Shown here piece by piece: positions 8,890 to 18,051 of a DNA stretch of 64,000 nt. Under the pieces are notes generated by a model. The model was given only the letters and a program-made list of their open reading frames with translations, searched no databases and was not told where the DNA came from. Source of the DNA: a bacterium (GTDB taxonomy: Bacteria > SAR324 > JACQKK01); assembly GCA_965240465.1 (NCBI GenBank), contig OZ251219.1:502681-566680 (forward strand), written 5' to 3'. The stretch's first letter is position 1, and each line of letters starts with the position of its first letter. A program made the translations under genes and the position numbers.

Positions 8890-10998
8890 TTACTTGGATA
8901 AAGAATCTGGCAGTGGGTCTGAAGGTCTAAAGTAGTAGACATTGCTAGCGGGGCAATTGGAATAGATTTTTTTGGTATCTAGGTCGCAGAGTATTTTGGA
9001 GTGAAAGGCTTGGTTAGGGGATGAGAAGGCTTTTGGTGGTTCTCTGTTAACGACTGCTTGCATGAATTCCTTCCAGATGATGGCTGGATCTTGGCCGCCG
9101 GATTTGTATATTAAGGGGTAGTTGTTATCATTACCCATCCAGATGCCGGCGGCTATTTGGGAAGTGAAGCCGATGAACCATACATCTCGGGCGTTGTCGC
9201 TGGTGCCAGTTTTGCCGGCGGCGGGGGTGCCTTTGAGACGAGCTCTCCAGCCGGTGCCGTGGGTAAGAACTCCTTGGAGGATGTGCCTAATTTGAAAGGC
9301 AGTCCAAGTGGAGATTACTCTTTTGGGTGCTTTGGGGGTGTATTTATAGAGTTCATCGCCCTGATTGTTGACAATTCGCTGGATATAGCGAGTGGGCTGG
9401 TAGCGTCCTTGATTAGCAAATACGGCAAAAGCTGGGATGATATTTTCCAGAGTAGTTTCACTGCAGCCCAGTGCTACACATAGTCCTTTGCCGTGCCGTA
9501 GTTCCATGCCAAAGCGGCGGGACATTCTTTCCAGCGGTCTATTGCCGATCTGGCTGAGTAATTGTACTGCGATCACATTGCTGGAAATCTGCAATGCCCG
9601 TGAGAGTGTCATGTTCAGGTTAAGTTTTTTTTCCTTTTTCTTTTCTTTTTCTGAAAATCGTAGCAACCCATAACGATGTTGATTATTACGCGGGGTGTAT
9701 GCCCGAAGATTTTCTTTTTGGTCTTTAGGATCAGGATAATCTTCAGAAGGCTCATAAGGATTGATGGAAACGGGCTGTTTGATTCTGGCTTTAACATTTT
9801 TATTCCAGTAATACGCGAATGGACGGTCTTCAAACAGCGAGTGAGGATAGAGTCCTTCTGTGAATGCGGTAGCATATAAGAAGGGTTTGAATACCGAACC
9901 TGTTTGGCGTCTGGCTTGGGTAGTTCGGTTGAACTGAGATTTGGCATAATCGCGCCCGCCGATCATGGCTCTAACAAATCCACTTTGAACATCCATGGCT
10001 AAGAGTCCTAGTTGAATTTGATTGGGATTCTTGACCGCCCAGTTTTCCACTGCTCGTTCAGCTGCATATTGCATTCTCAGATCCAGCCCAGTGTAGATTT
10101 TCCAGCCCCGACCCGAAATACGCTGCTCTTTCAGCAAGCGGCGAGCTTCTTTTTTAATCTCATCCACAAAGTAAGAAGCTTGGGAACTCTTGGTGTACGG
10201 ACGATAAACTTGGGGAGTATTATTAAATGCCTCCTCATAAGAAGCCTCATCTATCCAATTCAAATCAAACATCGCCTGTAAGGTGTTTTGATAACGCTTC
10301 TTTAGATCTGTTAGCTGCTCAAAATCCAGCGTTGAGGCAGTATCATGTTGCAAAGAACGCAAATACCCCTCTGGCTTTTTTACCAAAGCTGCCAAAAATA
10401 CCGCTTGCTGCAAATCCAGCTCCTCTGCCGTCCTGTGAAAATATACCCGAGACGCTTGCTCTATACCATACAACCCATTCCCAAAATACACCCGATTAAG
10501 ATAAAAACCCAATAACTCAGTCTTGGAATAAGTCCGCTCCACCGCCAAAGCCATCCATATCTCCTTCAACTTGCGTGATAACTTCCTCTCAGATGAAAGC
10601 AAGGTCAACTTCACCAACTGCTGAGTAATCGTACTAGCACCCTGACCATAACTAACCGTCCTTAAATTAGAAAATAAAGCCCCAAAAACCCGCCTCGGAT
10701 CTATACCATAATGATAAAAAAATCGCTGGTCCTCAATCGCTACCACCGCTTTTTGAACCCAAGGACTTACCCGCGACAAGGGCACCCACTGCCGATCCTC
10801 CAAACCCTCCACCACCGCAACCGAATTACCATGCACATCCAACACCACCGTGTTCCCCGCAGATTCATTCACCGCTAACTGAAATTGCCGCACCACCCTC
10901 GGCGAAAATAAAAAAAACGCCACCACAAATCCCAATACCCCCATCAACAACAGCCACAACAACTTCTTAAACTGCACTTTCCTTAACTTCCAACCCAT
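8890..10998 (-). CDS. mrcA: Class A penicillin-binding protein (glycosyltransferase GT51 + transpeptidase)
   Basis: GT51 motifs are AIEDQRFFYHYGIDP and GASTITQQLVK. Transpeptidase motifs are SxxK (GSVFKP) and KTG (AGKTGTS). An N-terminal membrane anchor is present. Confidence 0.85.
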   Translation of the reverse strand: MGWKLRKVQFKKLLWLLLMGVLGFVVAFFLFSPRVVRQFQLAVNESAGNTVVLDVHGNSVAVVEGLEDRQWVPLSRVSPWVQKAVVAIEDQRFFYHYGIDPRRVFGALFSNLRTVSYGQGASTITQQLVKLTLLSSERKLSRKLKEIWMALAVERTYSKTELLGFYLNRVYFGNGLYGIEQASRVYFHRTAEELDLQQAVFLAALVKKPEGYLRSLQHDTASTLDFEQLTDLKKRYQNTLQAMFDLNWIDEASYEEAFNNTPQVYRPYTKSSQASYFVDEIKKEARRLLKEQRISGRGWKIYTGLDLRMQYAAERAVENWAVKNPNQIQLGLLAMDVQSGFVRAMIGGRDYAKSQFNRTTQARRQTGSVFKPFLYATAFTEGLYPHSLFEDRPFAYYWNKNVKARIKQPVSINPYEPSEDYPDPKDQKENLRAYTPRNNQHRYGLLRFSEKEKKKEKKLNLNMTLSRALQISSNVIAVQLLSQIGNRPLERMSRRFGMELRHGKGLCVALGCSETTLENIIPAFAVFANQGRYQPTRYIQRIVNNQGDELYKYTPKAPKRVISTWTAFQIRHILQGVLTHGTGWRARLKGTPAAGKTGTSDNARDVWFIGFTSQIAAGIWMGNDNNYPLIYKSGGQDPAIIWKEFMQAVVNREPPKAFSSPNQAFHSKILCDLDTKKIYSNCPASNVYYFRPSDPLPDSLSK

Positions 10999-11025
10999 CC
11001 GCTCTCCCTATCTCCAACCCTAATG

Positions 11026-11148
11026 CCTTCATAACTACCAATACCCTCATAACTACCAACGCCCTCATAACTACCAACGCCCTCATAACTACCAACGCCC
11101 TCATAACTACCAACGCCCTCATAACTACCAACGCCCTCATCAATTAAT
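11026..11148. repeat. 18-bp tandem repeat (CCTCATAACTACCAACGC), about 6.5 copies, immediately upstream of the PBP start
   Basis: Read directly. It generates the spurious 60-aa ORF 10983..11165 ((EGVGSY)n). Confidence 0.9.
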
Positions 11149-11228
11149 GCCTTCACCAGTCTCACCTTTAATGGTAAAACAGTATTAGCTATATTACCAT
11201 TTCTAATGTGTCTTTACCCTAGCCAAAT

Positions 11229-11292
11229 TCACCCCCTCACCCCTCACCCCCTCACCCCTCACCCCCTCACCCCTCACCCCCCGCCCCCCCCC
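11229..11292. repeat. C-rich 15-bp repeat (CTCACCCCTCACCCC)n followed by poly-C; G-quadruplex-type motif on the minus strand
   Basis: Read directly. The minus strand carries more than 6 consecutive G3-5 tracts separated by TGA. Confidence 0.8.
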
Positions 11293-11521
11293 ATAAAATC
11301 ATCGCCTCACAAACCTCTTGCCTTAAACAAAAGCTATAATGCTATGCTGTACCAACTCGCAAATGAAACTTCCACCAACTCGCAAATGAAACCTAGCTCC
11401 CCCACTTTTGAAAACAGCTAGGCAAACATCACTGAGAACACCGCTGAGAATGCTGCTGAGAACACCGCTGAGAACACGAGAACATCACCGAGAACATCAC
11501 CCAACCCTCCACCCGAATAGC

Positions 11522-12346
11522 ATGAAACACTCATCCCTTTCAAACCGATCGCCACACCAGCTCCGTTCTGAAAACCAGCTGCTGATATTTGAACGACCAA
11601 AGCTGAGGAATCCGATCCTCATCATGATCTCAGAAGGCTGGAACGATGGCGGATTTGCGGCTTCAGCTGCCGCGATCTGGTTGCAGGAACTCTGGGATGC
11701 CCAGCGACTGGCTAGCATAGAAGCCGAGGAATTCTATGTACTAACCGATACCCGCCCTAACATAATAGAATCCAAGGCCAGGGCTCCTAAGATAATTTGG
11801 CCTCACAACGAATTCTGGTACATTTGTCTTCCTCAGCTTGAGCATGACATCGTGCTATTTTTGGGGGTAGAACCCAATTTACGCTGGAAAGATTATGCTC
11901 AACTGATTGTAAAAACTGCCCGCTCTTTGGGAATAGAAATGGTTTTCACCTTGGGGAGCTATTTTGCGGATGTACTTCACAATACCCCAGTCAAGATAAG
12001 TGGCTACAGCAATGACATCAACCTGTCTGCCGACTACGGAATAAAACGTGCCGAATACGAAGGCCCTACTGGGATATTGAGTGTTTGTGCCGAAAGGTTT
12101 AGAAAAGAGCATCATACTACGGTCAATCTTTGGGCTGCGGTACCACATTACATATCCATGCCGAATCCCAAGGGGTCATATTCTTTGTTGCAGGCTTTGT
12201 CTCGGATTCTCAACTTGGAGCTTGATCTGAGTGAGTGGAAACAACAAATTGATGAATTTGATAGCGAAATAGAAAAAATTATTGCCAAAAATCCCAATGT
12301 GAATGATTTCGTCCGTGAAATGCGTAAACGAGCCCTGTTGAGTTAA
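11522..12346 (+). CDS. PAC2-family (proteasome-assembly-chaperone-like) protein
   Basis: LIMISEGWNDGGFAASAAAIWL matches the GWNDAG.AA signature I recall for bacterial PAC2-family proteins. ORF 11408.. begins inside a 12-nt repeat, so the Met at 11522 is a more plausible start. Confidence 0.5.
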   Translation: MKHSSLSNRSPHQLRSENQLLIFERPKLRNPILIMISEGWNDGGFAASAAAIWLQELWDAQRLASIEAEEFYVLTDTRPNIIESKARAPKIIWPHNEFWYICLPQLEHDIVLFLGVEPNLRWKDYAQLIVKTARSLGIEMVFTLGSYFADVLHNTPVKISGYSNDINLSADYGIKRAEYEGPTGILSVCAERFRKEHHTTVNLWAAVPHYISMPNPKGSYSLLQALSRILNLELDLSEWKQQIDEFDSEIEKIIAKNPNVNDFVREMRKRALLS

Positions 12347-12357
12347 GCGGGATAGCC

Positions 12358-12561
12358 ATGCTACGCTTTCTGTTGTTTGTTGCTCTAGTAGCAATTGTGA
12401 TCGGTCAAATACAGCACTGGCTAAGGAAAAAATCCTCCCGCACCGAACGAACCTTGGTTTCTTGCTCACGCTGCCAGCTTTTTATTCCTCCTCATCGGGC
12501 GGTATCCAAGAAAAAAGGTGGCAAAACAATTTATTTCTGTAGCCAAGATTGTGCCAAATAG
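12358..12561 (+). CDS. Small membrane-anchored zinc-ribbon protein (PP0621-like)
   Basis: An N-terminal hydrophobic helix is followed by CSRCQLFIPPHRA....YFCSQDC, a 4-Cys pattern. Confidence 0.45.
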   Translation: MLRFLLFVALVAIVIGQIQHWLRKKSSRTERTLVSCSRCQLFIPPHRAVSKKKGGKTIYFCSQDCAK

Positions 12562-12583
12562 CTGGGTATTCGGATTCCTACCC

Positions 12584-12680
12584 ATTCACTTACCAATTCA
12601 TCCTCTCAGTTCATTCTCGCAATTCATCCTCTCAGTTCATCCTCTCAGTTCATCCTATCAATTCATTCTCGCAATTCACT
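12584..12680. repeat. 13-bp tandem repeat (TCATCCTCTCAGT / TCATTCTCGCAAT), about 7 copies
   Basis: Read directly. It is intergenic, upstream of rodA. Confidence 0.85.
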
Positions 12681-12717
12681 AAGCAGACAAATTCATTAAA
12701 GCGGAATTCGGAGTACC

Positions 12718-14019
12718 ATGGGTAGACGCATTTGGGGATATTTGGACTGGAGGTTATTGGGGTTGACCTTATTTATCAGTTTTGCGGGGATTATCGCTAT
12801 TCATTCGGCATCTCGGGGGTATCCTGGGGGTGATGATTTTTGGATACGTCAGACGTATTGGATGTTGAATGGATTGTTGGTAGCGGGATTGATGTTATTT
12901 TTTTCACCTCGCTTGATAGGTCGTTTTTCTTATTTAATACATTTGGTGGGAGTGATGATTTTAGCTGGTTTATTGCTGAAAACGGGCAGTGTTAATCGTT
13001 GGTACAATTTTGGGGGGATTTCCATTCAGCCTTCTGAGTTTGTAAAGCTGACGATGGTATTGGCATTAGCGTATCATTTTCGGGATGGGGATCGCCGTGG
13101 TTTGGGGTGGTTGATCATACCCTTGCTGATATTTTTTCCTCCCTTTTTGTTGGTGTTGCAGCAACCAGATTTAGGAACCGCCTTGGTGTTGCTGATGATA
13201 TTCTTGTTAATTTTGGTAGCCGCAGGATTAACGGGTAATTGGATGCTTACCTTAGCTGGGGTTGGGATAGTGGGTTTGATAGTTTTGGTGATGTCTTTTT
13301 ACTGGGGTGATTATCGGGTTAGGGAAGGGGCGGGGAAGAATTGGAAGGATGCTGGTGCTAATCAGGAATTAGTTCAGCGATTAGAGCAATTGGAAGGGCA
13401 GCGTTTTTATTTTGGAGCTTCACTGCGCGATAAGTTGGGATCTTCTGATTTGGATAATGAGGAGCCCGAGTTATGGGAAATATTGAAGCAGGATTCTTAT
13501 CGTACTTATATTTCTTATGCCCTGTTGCCTTATCAGCAGCGAAGACTGGCTGCTTTTGCCCACCCTGAGTCGGATCCGCTTGGGGCTGGCTATCACGTGA
13601 GGCAATCTAAGGTAGCCGTAGGTAGCGGCGGTTTTTTCGGCAAGGGACTAGGAAATAGCACCCAGGGTTCCCTGAATTTTCTCCCTGCCCGCCATACCGA
13701 CTTCATCTTCGCCATTTTTGCCGAAGAATGGGGGTTCATGGGAGCAATGATATTCTTGATCGCCTATATGATGGTGTTAACACGAGGCTTTAACATTGCT
13801 CTTCAAGTGCCAGACCGCTTTGGGGCTTTCACCGTGCTGGGAATAATGGGGATGATCACCTTGCAGATGTTCATAAACACTGGAATGTCCATGGGCTTGG
13901 TACCTGTGGTAGGTATCCCCCTTCCCTTGGTGAGCTATGGAGGCTCTTCCATGCTTACCTCCTTAGCAGGATTAGGGCTGGTACTTAACATCGGAAAACA
14001 CCGATTCGCTTGGAATTAA
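12718..14019 (+). CDS. rodA: SEDS-family peptidoglycan polymerase RodA (FtsW/RodA family) with an extra loop segment
   Basis: Multi-TM protein with IQPSEFVKL, QPDLGTA, PESDPLGAGYHVRQSKVAVGSGG, HTDFIFA and VSYGGSS. At 433 aa it has an additional charged segment before YQQRRL. Confidence 0.85.
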   Translation: MGRRIWGYLDWRLLGLTLFISFAGIIAIHSASRGYPGGDDFWIRQTYWMLNGLLVAGLMLFFSPRLIGRFSYLIHLVGVMILAGLLLKTGSVNRWYNFGGISIQPSEFVKLTMVLALAYHFRDGDRRGLGWLIIPLLIFFPPFLLVLQQPDLGTALVLLMIFLLILVAAGLTGNWMLTLAGVGIVGLIVLVMSFYWGDYRVREGAGKNWKDAGANQELVQRLEQLEGQRFYFGASLRDKLGSSDLDNEEPELWEILKQDSYRTYISYALLPYQQRRLAAFAHPESDPLGAGYHVRQSKVAVGSGGFFGKGLGNSTQGSLNFLPARHTDFIFAIFAEEWGFMGAMIFLIAYMMVLTRGFNIALQVPDRFGAFTVLGIMGMITLQMFINTGMSMGLVPVVGIPLPLVSYGGSSMLTSLAGLGLVLNIGKHRFAWN

Positions 14020-14235
14020 AACTGAGGTTAAAGGGCTCAGTTTGACAAAATATCATGTAAATGCTGGCATGATAATGTGTATAATAATTTGAGTGATAGA
14101 CATTGTCGCAAGGTATGTTGATGAATGTTATTTTATATTGAATGACCGTAATTATTAGATAAATACTTAATATAGATTAGATAGTCTGTTTAACAAAAGA
14201 TCAGCTAAGATTATTACTCATAAAAAGTTGATATA

Positions 14236-15216
14236 ATGAAACTGAAGACCAACACTATTATTTGTGGAGATTGTTTGATTGTATTGCAAAAATTTCCCAG
14301 TAACAGTATAGATTGTGTAATAACTTCCCCTCCTTATTACCAACAAAGAGGATATAACGGAATAGGTATAGGCAGAGAAAATGGATTAAATAATTACATT
14401 GAATCTCTACACGAAACATTTGATGAAGTGATAAGAGTTACAAAGAAAACAGGAAATATATTCTACAATATAGGAGATAAAATAAACAAGACTAAAGGTG
14501 CATTACTTATACCCTATAGGTTTGCTTTGCAAATGTTAGATCAATATAGGGAATTACAACTAATTAATAATATTACTTGGACAAAAAAAAACCCCACCCC
14601 ACGACAGTATAATAGACGATTAGTAAGTGCAACAGAACCGTTTTTTCATTTTGTAAAAAGTGGTGAATACTATTATGCAATAGATGAATATCTTGCCAGT
14701 AAATCCACAAAGAATCATAAACATACTCCTAAATTGGGATTGAGGTATCTTGAATTAATCAAGAAATCTAACCTAAGTGAGCAAGAAAAAGAAAAAGCCA
14801 ATATAGCTGTTAAAGAAGTTATTGATGAAGTTAAAGCAGGAGAAATACATGGTTTTAGAGTAAAGATAAAGGGTATTCATGCTCCAGCATTTGGCGGTCA
14901 GGAAGGGGGAAGACAAACTCAAATAAAAAAGCAAGGATTTACTATTATTAAGTTAAAAGGAAACCAATTAAAGAAAGATTATGTTGAAACGGCTGTAGAA
15001 AGTCCCCGTCACAAAATTAAACACCCAGCAGTATACCCTCTAAAACTTATAGAAGAGCTAATAAAACTTGGTTGCCCTCCCAATGGTATTGTACTTGATC
15101 ATTATTGTGGAAGTGGCACAACATTGGTAGCAGCTAAAAATCAAAATAGAAATTACATAGGGATTGAAATAAGCCCTGAATACTGCCAGTTATCACAACA
15201 GAGAATAGAGCAATGA
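14236..15216 (+). CDS. Beta-class N4/N6 DNA methyltransferase, probably N4-cytosine (SPPY)
   Basis: Motif IV (VITSPPYYQQ) is near the N-terminus and motif I (VLDHYCGSGTTLVAA) near the C-terminus, which is the beta permutation. It lies in an AT-rich island and shares an ATGA overlap with the next gene. Confidence 0.8.
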   Translation: MKLKTNTIICGDCLIVLQKFPSNSIDCVITSPPYYQQRGYNGIGIGRENGLNNYIESLHETFDEVIRVTKKTGNIFYNIGDKINKTKGALLIPYRFALQMLDQYRELQLINNITWTKKNPTPRQYNRRLVSATEPFFHFVKSGEYYYAIDEYLASKSTKNHKHTPKLGLRYLELIKKSNLSEQEKEKANIAVKEVIDEVKAGEIHGFRVKIKGIHAPAFGGQEGGRQTQIKKQGFTIIKLKGNQLKKDYVETAVESPRHKIKHPAVYPLKLIEELIKLGCPPNGIVLDHYCGSGTTLVAAKNQNRNYIGIEISPEYCQLSQQRIEQ

Positions 15217-16283
15217 CACCAAATGATATACTAAAATCACTGCTTTTAAGGAAAGTCACAGTAGAAATTAACCAAGAATTAATTGACTATCTAGATATGA
15301 TAATAAAGGAAAGAGAAAACAGAATAGCAGTTATGACGATGACTATATGTCTTTTGCTGAAGAAGCATACTGATCCCTCGCAGAACATTACCCTACATCA
15401 GGCAAAAATGACAGGTGGGTTTAGTGCAAGGGGTTTTGATGAGAGATTTGTTACTCCTTTTTTGAAAGACAACAAATTCCCATACATGAAAAGCGGTAGT
15501 GGCGCTCTAACACGATCATTGGAGCATTCTATACCTTTCAATTTAGGTTATACTGGAGGAATAACACCAAAAGAATTAAAAAAGGCATTCCTAGAAATAG
15601 TGGATAGTGTACAAAATCGTGGAGCAATCTCTGAAGAGCTACTAATATATATCCTGAATAAATTAGTTATCTACAGAGACAGAGATACTAGTATTAAGTT
15701 GATAATACCTTCTAATCTATCAATTAAAGATATGGTAGCAAAATTACATCAACATTTTAATGCATGCAAACACGGAGCAAGACTACCACAATTAGCAATT
15801 TATGCAGTTTATACAATACTTACCAAAGAAATGGATAGATACAAACAACATACTTTATGTAAATTACAATCACATCAATCAGCAGACAGAAAGACACATT
15901 TTTTGGGCGACATACAAGTCAATGATGAAAACGGAATACCTTTTGAAGTAGTAGAGATAAAACATAAAATACAACTAACTGCCAATTTAGTAGAAGAGTG
16001 TTATGATAAATTCAAAACCTCAAAGATAAACACATTTTATCTGCTAAGCACTAATGAAGAGTTGAAAGAACCAGAAGAGATAAGCAATAAAATTATGTAC
16101 ATATATAAAACACACGGTTGCCAAATGATTGTGAATGGCGTATTCATTACATTAAAATACTATCTTAGATTACTTAGTGACCCCTATCTATTTCTTAACA
16201 AATATCTTGAATTAGTGGAACAAGATAGTAAGTATGAGGTAAAAGTTAATTGGCAAAATATGTGGGATTCTGTTAACGAATAA
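15213..16283 (+). CDS. Putative Type II restriction endonuclease partner (PD-(D/E)XK-like)
   Basis: Translationally coupled to the methyltransferase. GDIQVNDENGIPFEVVEIKHK fits a D...ExK core. No known family recognised. Confidence 0.45.
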   Translation: MTPNDILKSLLLRKVTVEINQELIDYLDMIIKERENRIAVMTMTICLLLKKHTDPSQNITLHQAKMTGGFSARGFDERFVTPFLKDNKFPYMKSGSGALTRSLEHSIPFNLGYTGGITPKELKKAFLEIVDSVQNRGAISEELLIYILNKLVIYRDRDTSIKLIIPSNLSIKDMVAKLHQHFNACKHGARLPQLAIYAVYTILTKEMDRYKQHTLCKLQSHQSADRKTHFLGDIQVNDENGIPFEVVEIKHKIQLTANLVEECYDKFKTSKINTFYLLSTNEELKEPEEISNKIMYIYKTHGCQMIVNGVFITLKYYLRLLSDPYLFLNKYLELVEQDSKYEVKVNWQNMWDSVNE

Positions 16284-16369
16284 GAAAGCAGAGCGACTTG
16301 TGAAAATATCAACTTGAAACTAACTAGGCTTAGAGACAGCAGTGATAGAACTACTGCTACATGTGGAAT

Positions 16370-17956
16370 TTATGTCCGAGCCAGCAAGCGGGCCGCTTCC
16401 ACCAGCAGACGAACCCCCTGGGCGGAACCGCCCGAGGGATAAAGGGGGTTTTTGCCATCGCTCCAAGCAAAGCAGTCAAAATGAGCCCAGTAGGTACTAC
16501 CGATGAAGTGCTGTAAAAAGAGGGCCGCACTGATTGCTCCTCCAAAGCCTTGGGAAGAATCACTAGCAATATCCGCACATGAGCTATCCAACATTTGGCG
16601 ATATGGCGAGTAAAGAGGCAATTGCCAGCAATGCTCACCACTGAGAACAGCCGCTTTTTTAAGTGCCTCGGCTAAGGGCTCGTGATTGCAAAACAACCCC
16701 ATGACTTCTTTGCCCAGTGCTACCCTGCAAGCACCCGTTAGGGTAGCAAAATCTACCAAATAGTCTGGCTGACTTTCCAATGCCAAGCTGAAGGCATCAG
16801 CCAACACTAGCCTACCTTCGGCATCGGTATCTTCCACTTCCACACTGGTACCAGACTTGGTCTCTAAAATGTCCCCAGGGCGATAAGACAAAGGCCCAAT
16901 GGCATTCTCTGCCAAACCCACCACCACGCTCACTCGCAAAGGAAGATCAAGACCCGCCAAAACCCAAAAGGCTCCCAACACAATTGATGCCCCTCCTACA
17001 TCTTTCTTCATCAACCGCATACCCTGACGAGGTTTAATATCCAACCCACCGCTGTCAAAGCAAATCCCCTTCCCTACCAAACATAACTCAGGTGCTTCTG
17101 CAGGCCCTATCTCCATATGAATCAACCAAGGAGGATGCTCTGCTCCACGCCCTACCGCATAAATAGCCCCATAACCCGCTCTTTTCAAGGCCTCACCTGT
17201 TATACTCCTTATCCGTGCCTTACATGCCTTACCCAAGGCCATCACCTGAGCCGCAACTGCCTCAGGATGTGCATGTGAAGCTGGATGATTAATCAAATCA
17301 CGAGAAAAAAATACTCCCTCTGCCAAGCGTACCCCCTGACGACAACCCGACTCACTAGCCTCCCTGACAGAAGAATATTCCCCCGCTACCGCATCAGCTG
17401 GAAGAAACAACCGAAGTTGTTTCAATTTCTTTTTTCGCTCTGTTAAATACTCCTCAAACCGATAGCCCGCTAGCAATACCGCTTCTGTAACCAAGCGTAC
17501 CAATACCTCCACCGATAATCCCGAACCCCGAGGCAACACCACCGATAACGAACTCAAATCCTCTTCTTGCTGCAGTGCTTTTACTCCAGCTGCCAAGTGG
17601 TTAACCAAGGAGGCCAGTCCCTCTTCTTGGGCTCCCCGAGCTTGGTTATTCAAAACCGAACCATCGCTATTATTCACGAATCTCTTCCGCTCCCCTAATC
17701 CGCAACATGACAATCTTAACCCTCCCCCAGACAACAATAGCCGCCTACCAGCCTGACCCTGAAAATCCCGCTTTCTTATGCTCTCTGCCATCCAAGCTTG
17801 AACTTGTGAGCTCCATAATCCCAGCGGAAGTTCGGTCTCTCCCTCCCACATGAGAAGTAAAAACTCACCCTCTAAAACCTCAGCGGTAGCTTGATCTTCG
17901 GCTGTTAAAATATGTACTTGCGGCAGTCTATTGTTTAGTGAATCAAGGATTTTCAT
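16370..17956 (-). CDS. pepA: Leucyl aminopeptidase (M17)
   Basis: VGKGICFDSGGLDIKP is present, and VEDTDAEGRLVLADA matches the NTDAEGRL signature. Confidence 0.9.
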   Translation of the reverse strand: MKILDSLNNRLPQVHILTAEDQATAEVLEGEFLLLMWEGETELPLGLWSSQVQAWMAESIRKRDFQGQAGRRLLLSGGGLRLSCCGLGERKRFVNNSDGSVLNNQARGAQEEGLASLVNHLAAGVKALQQEEDLSSLSVVLPRGSGLSVEVLVRLVTEAVLLAGYRFEEYLTERKKKLKQLRLFLPADAVAGEYSSVREASESGCRQGVRLAEGVFFSRDLINHPASHAHPEAVAAQVMALGKACKARIRSITGEALKRAGYGAIYAVGRGAEHPPWLIHMEIGPAEAPELCLVGKGICFDSGGLDIKPRQGMRLMKKDVGGASIVLGAFWVLAGLDLPLRVSVVVGLAENAIGPLSYRPGDILETKSGTSVEVEDTDAEGRLVLADAFSLALESQPDYLVDFATLTGACRVALGKEVMGLFCNHEPLAEALKKAAVLSGEHCWQLPLYSPYRQMLDSSCADIASDSSQGFGGAISAALFLQHFIGSTYWAHFDCFAWSDGKNPLYPSGGSAQGVRLLVEAARLLART

Positions 17957-18051
17957 TGCTTATCAGTATTATGAGGCTTAGTGAGGGTTGATAAGGGTTA
18001 ATCGCCAGAATTAGTCGCCAAGGATTAGTCATGCTTTAACGAGGTTGATTG

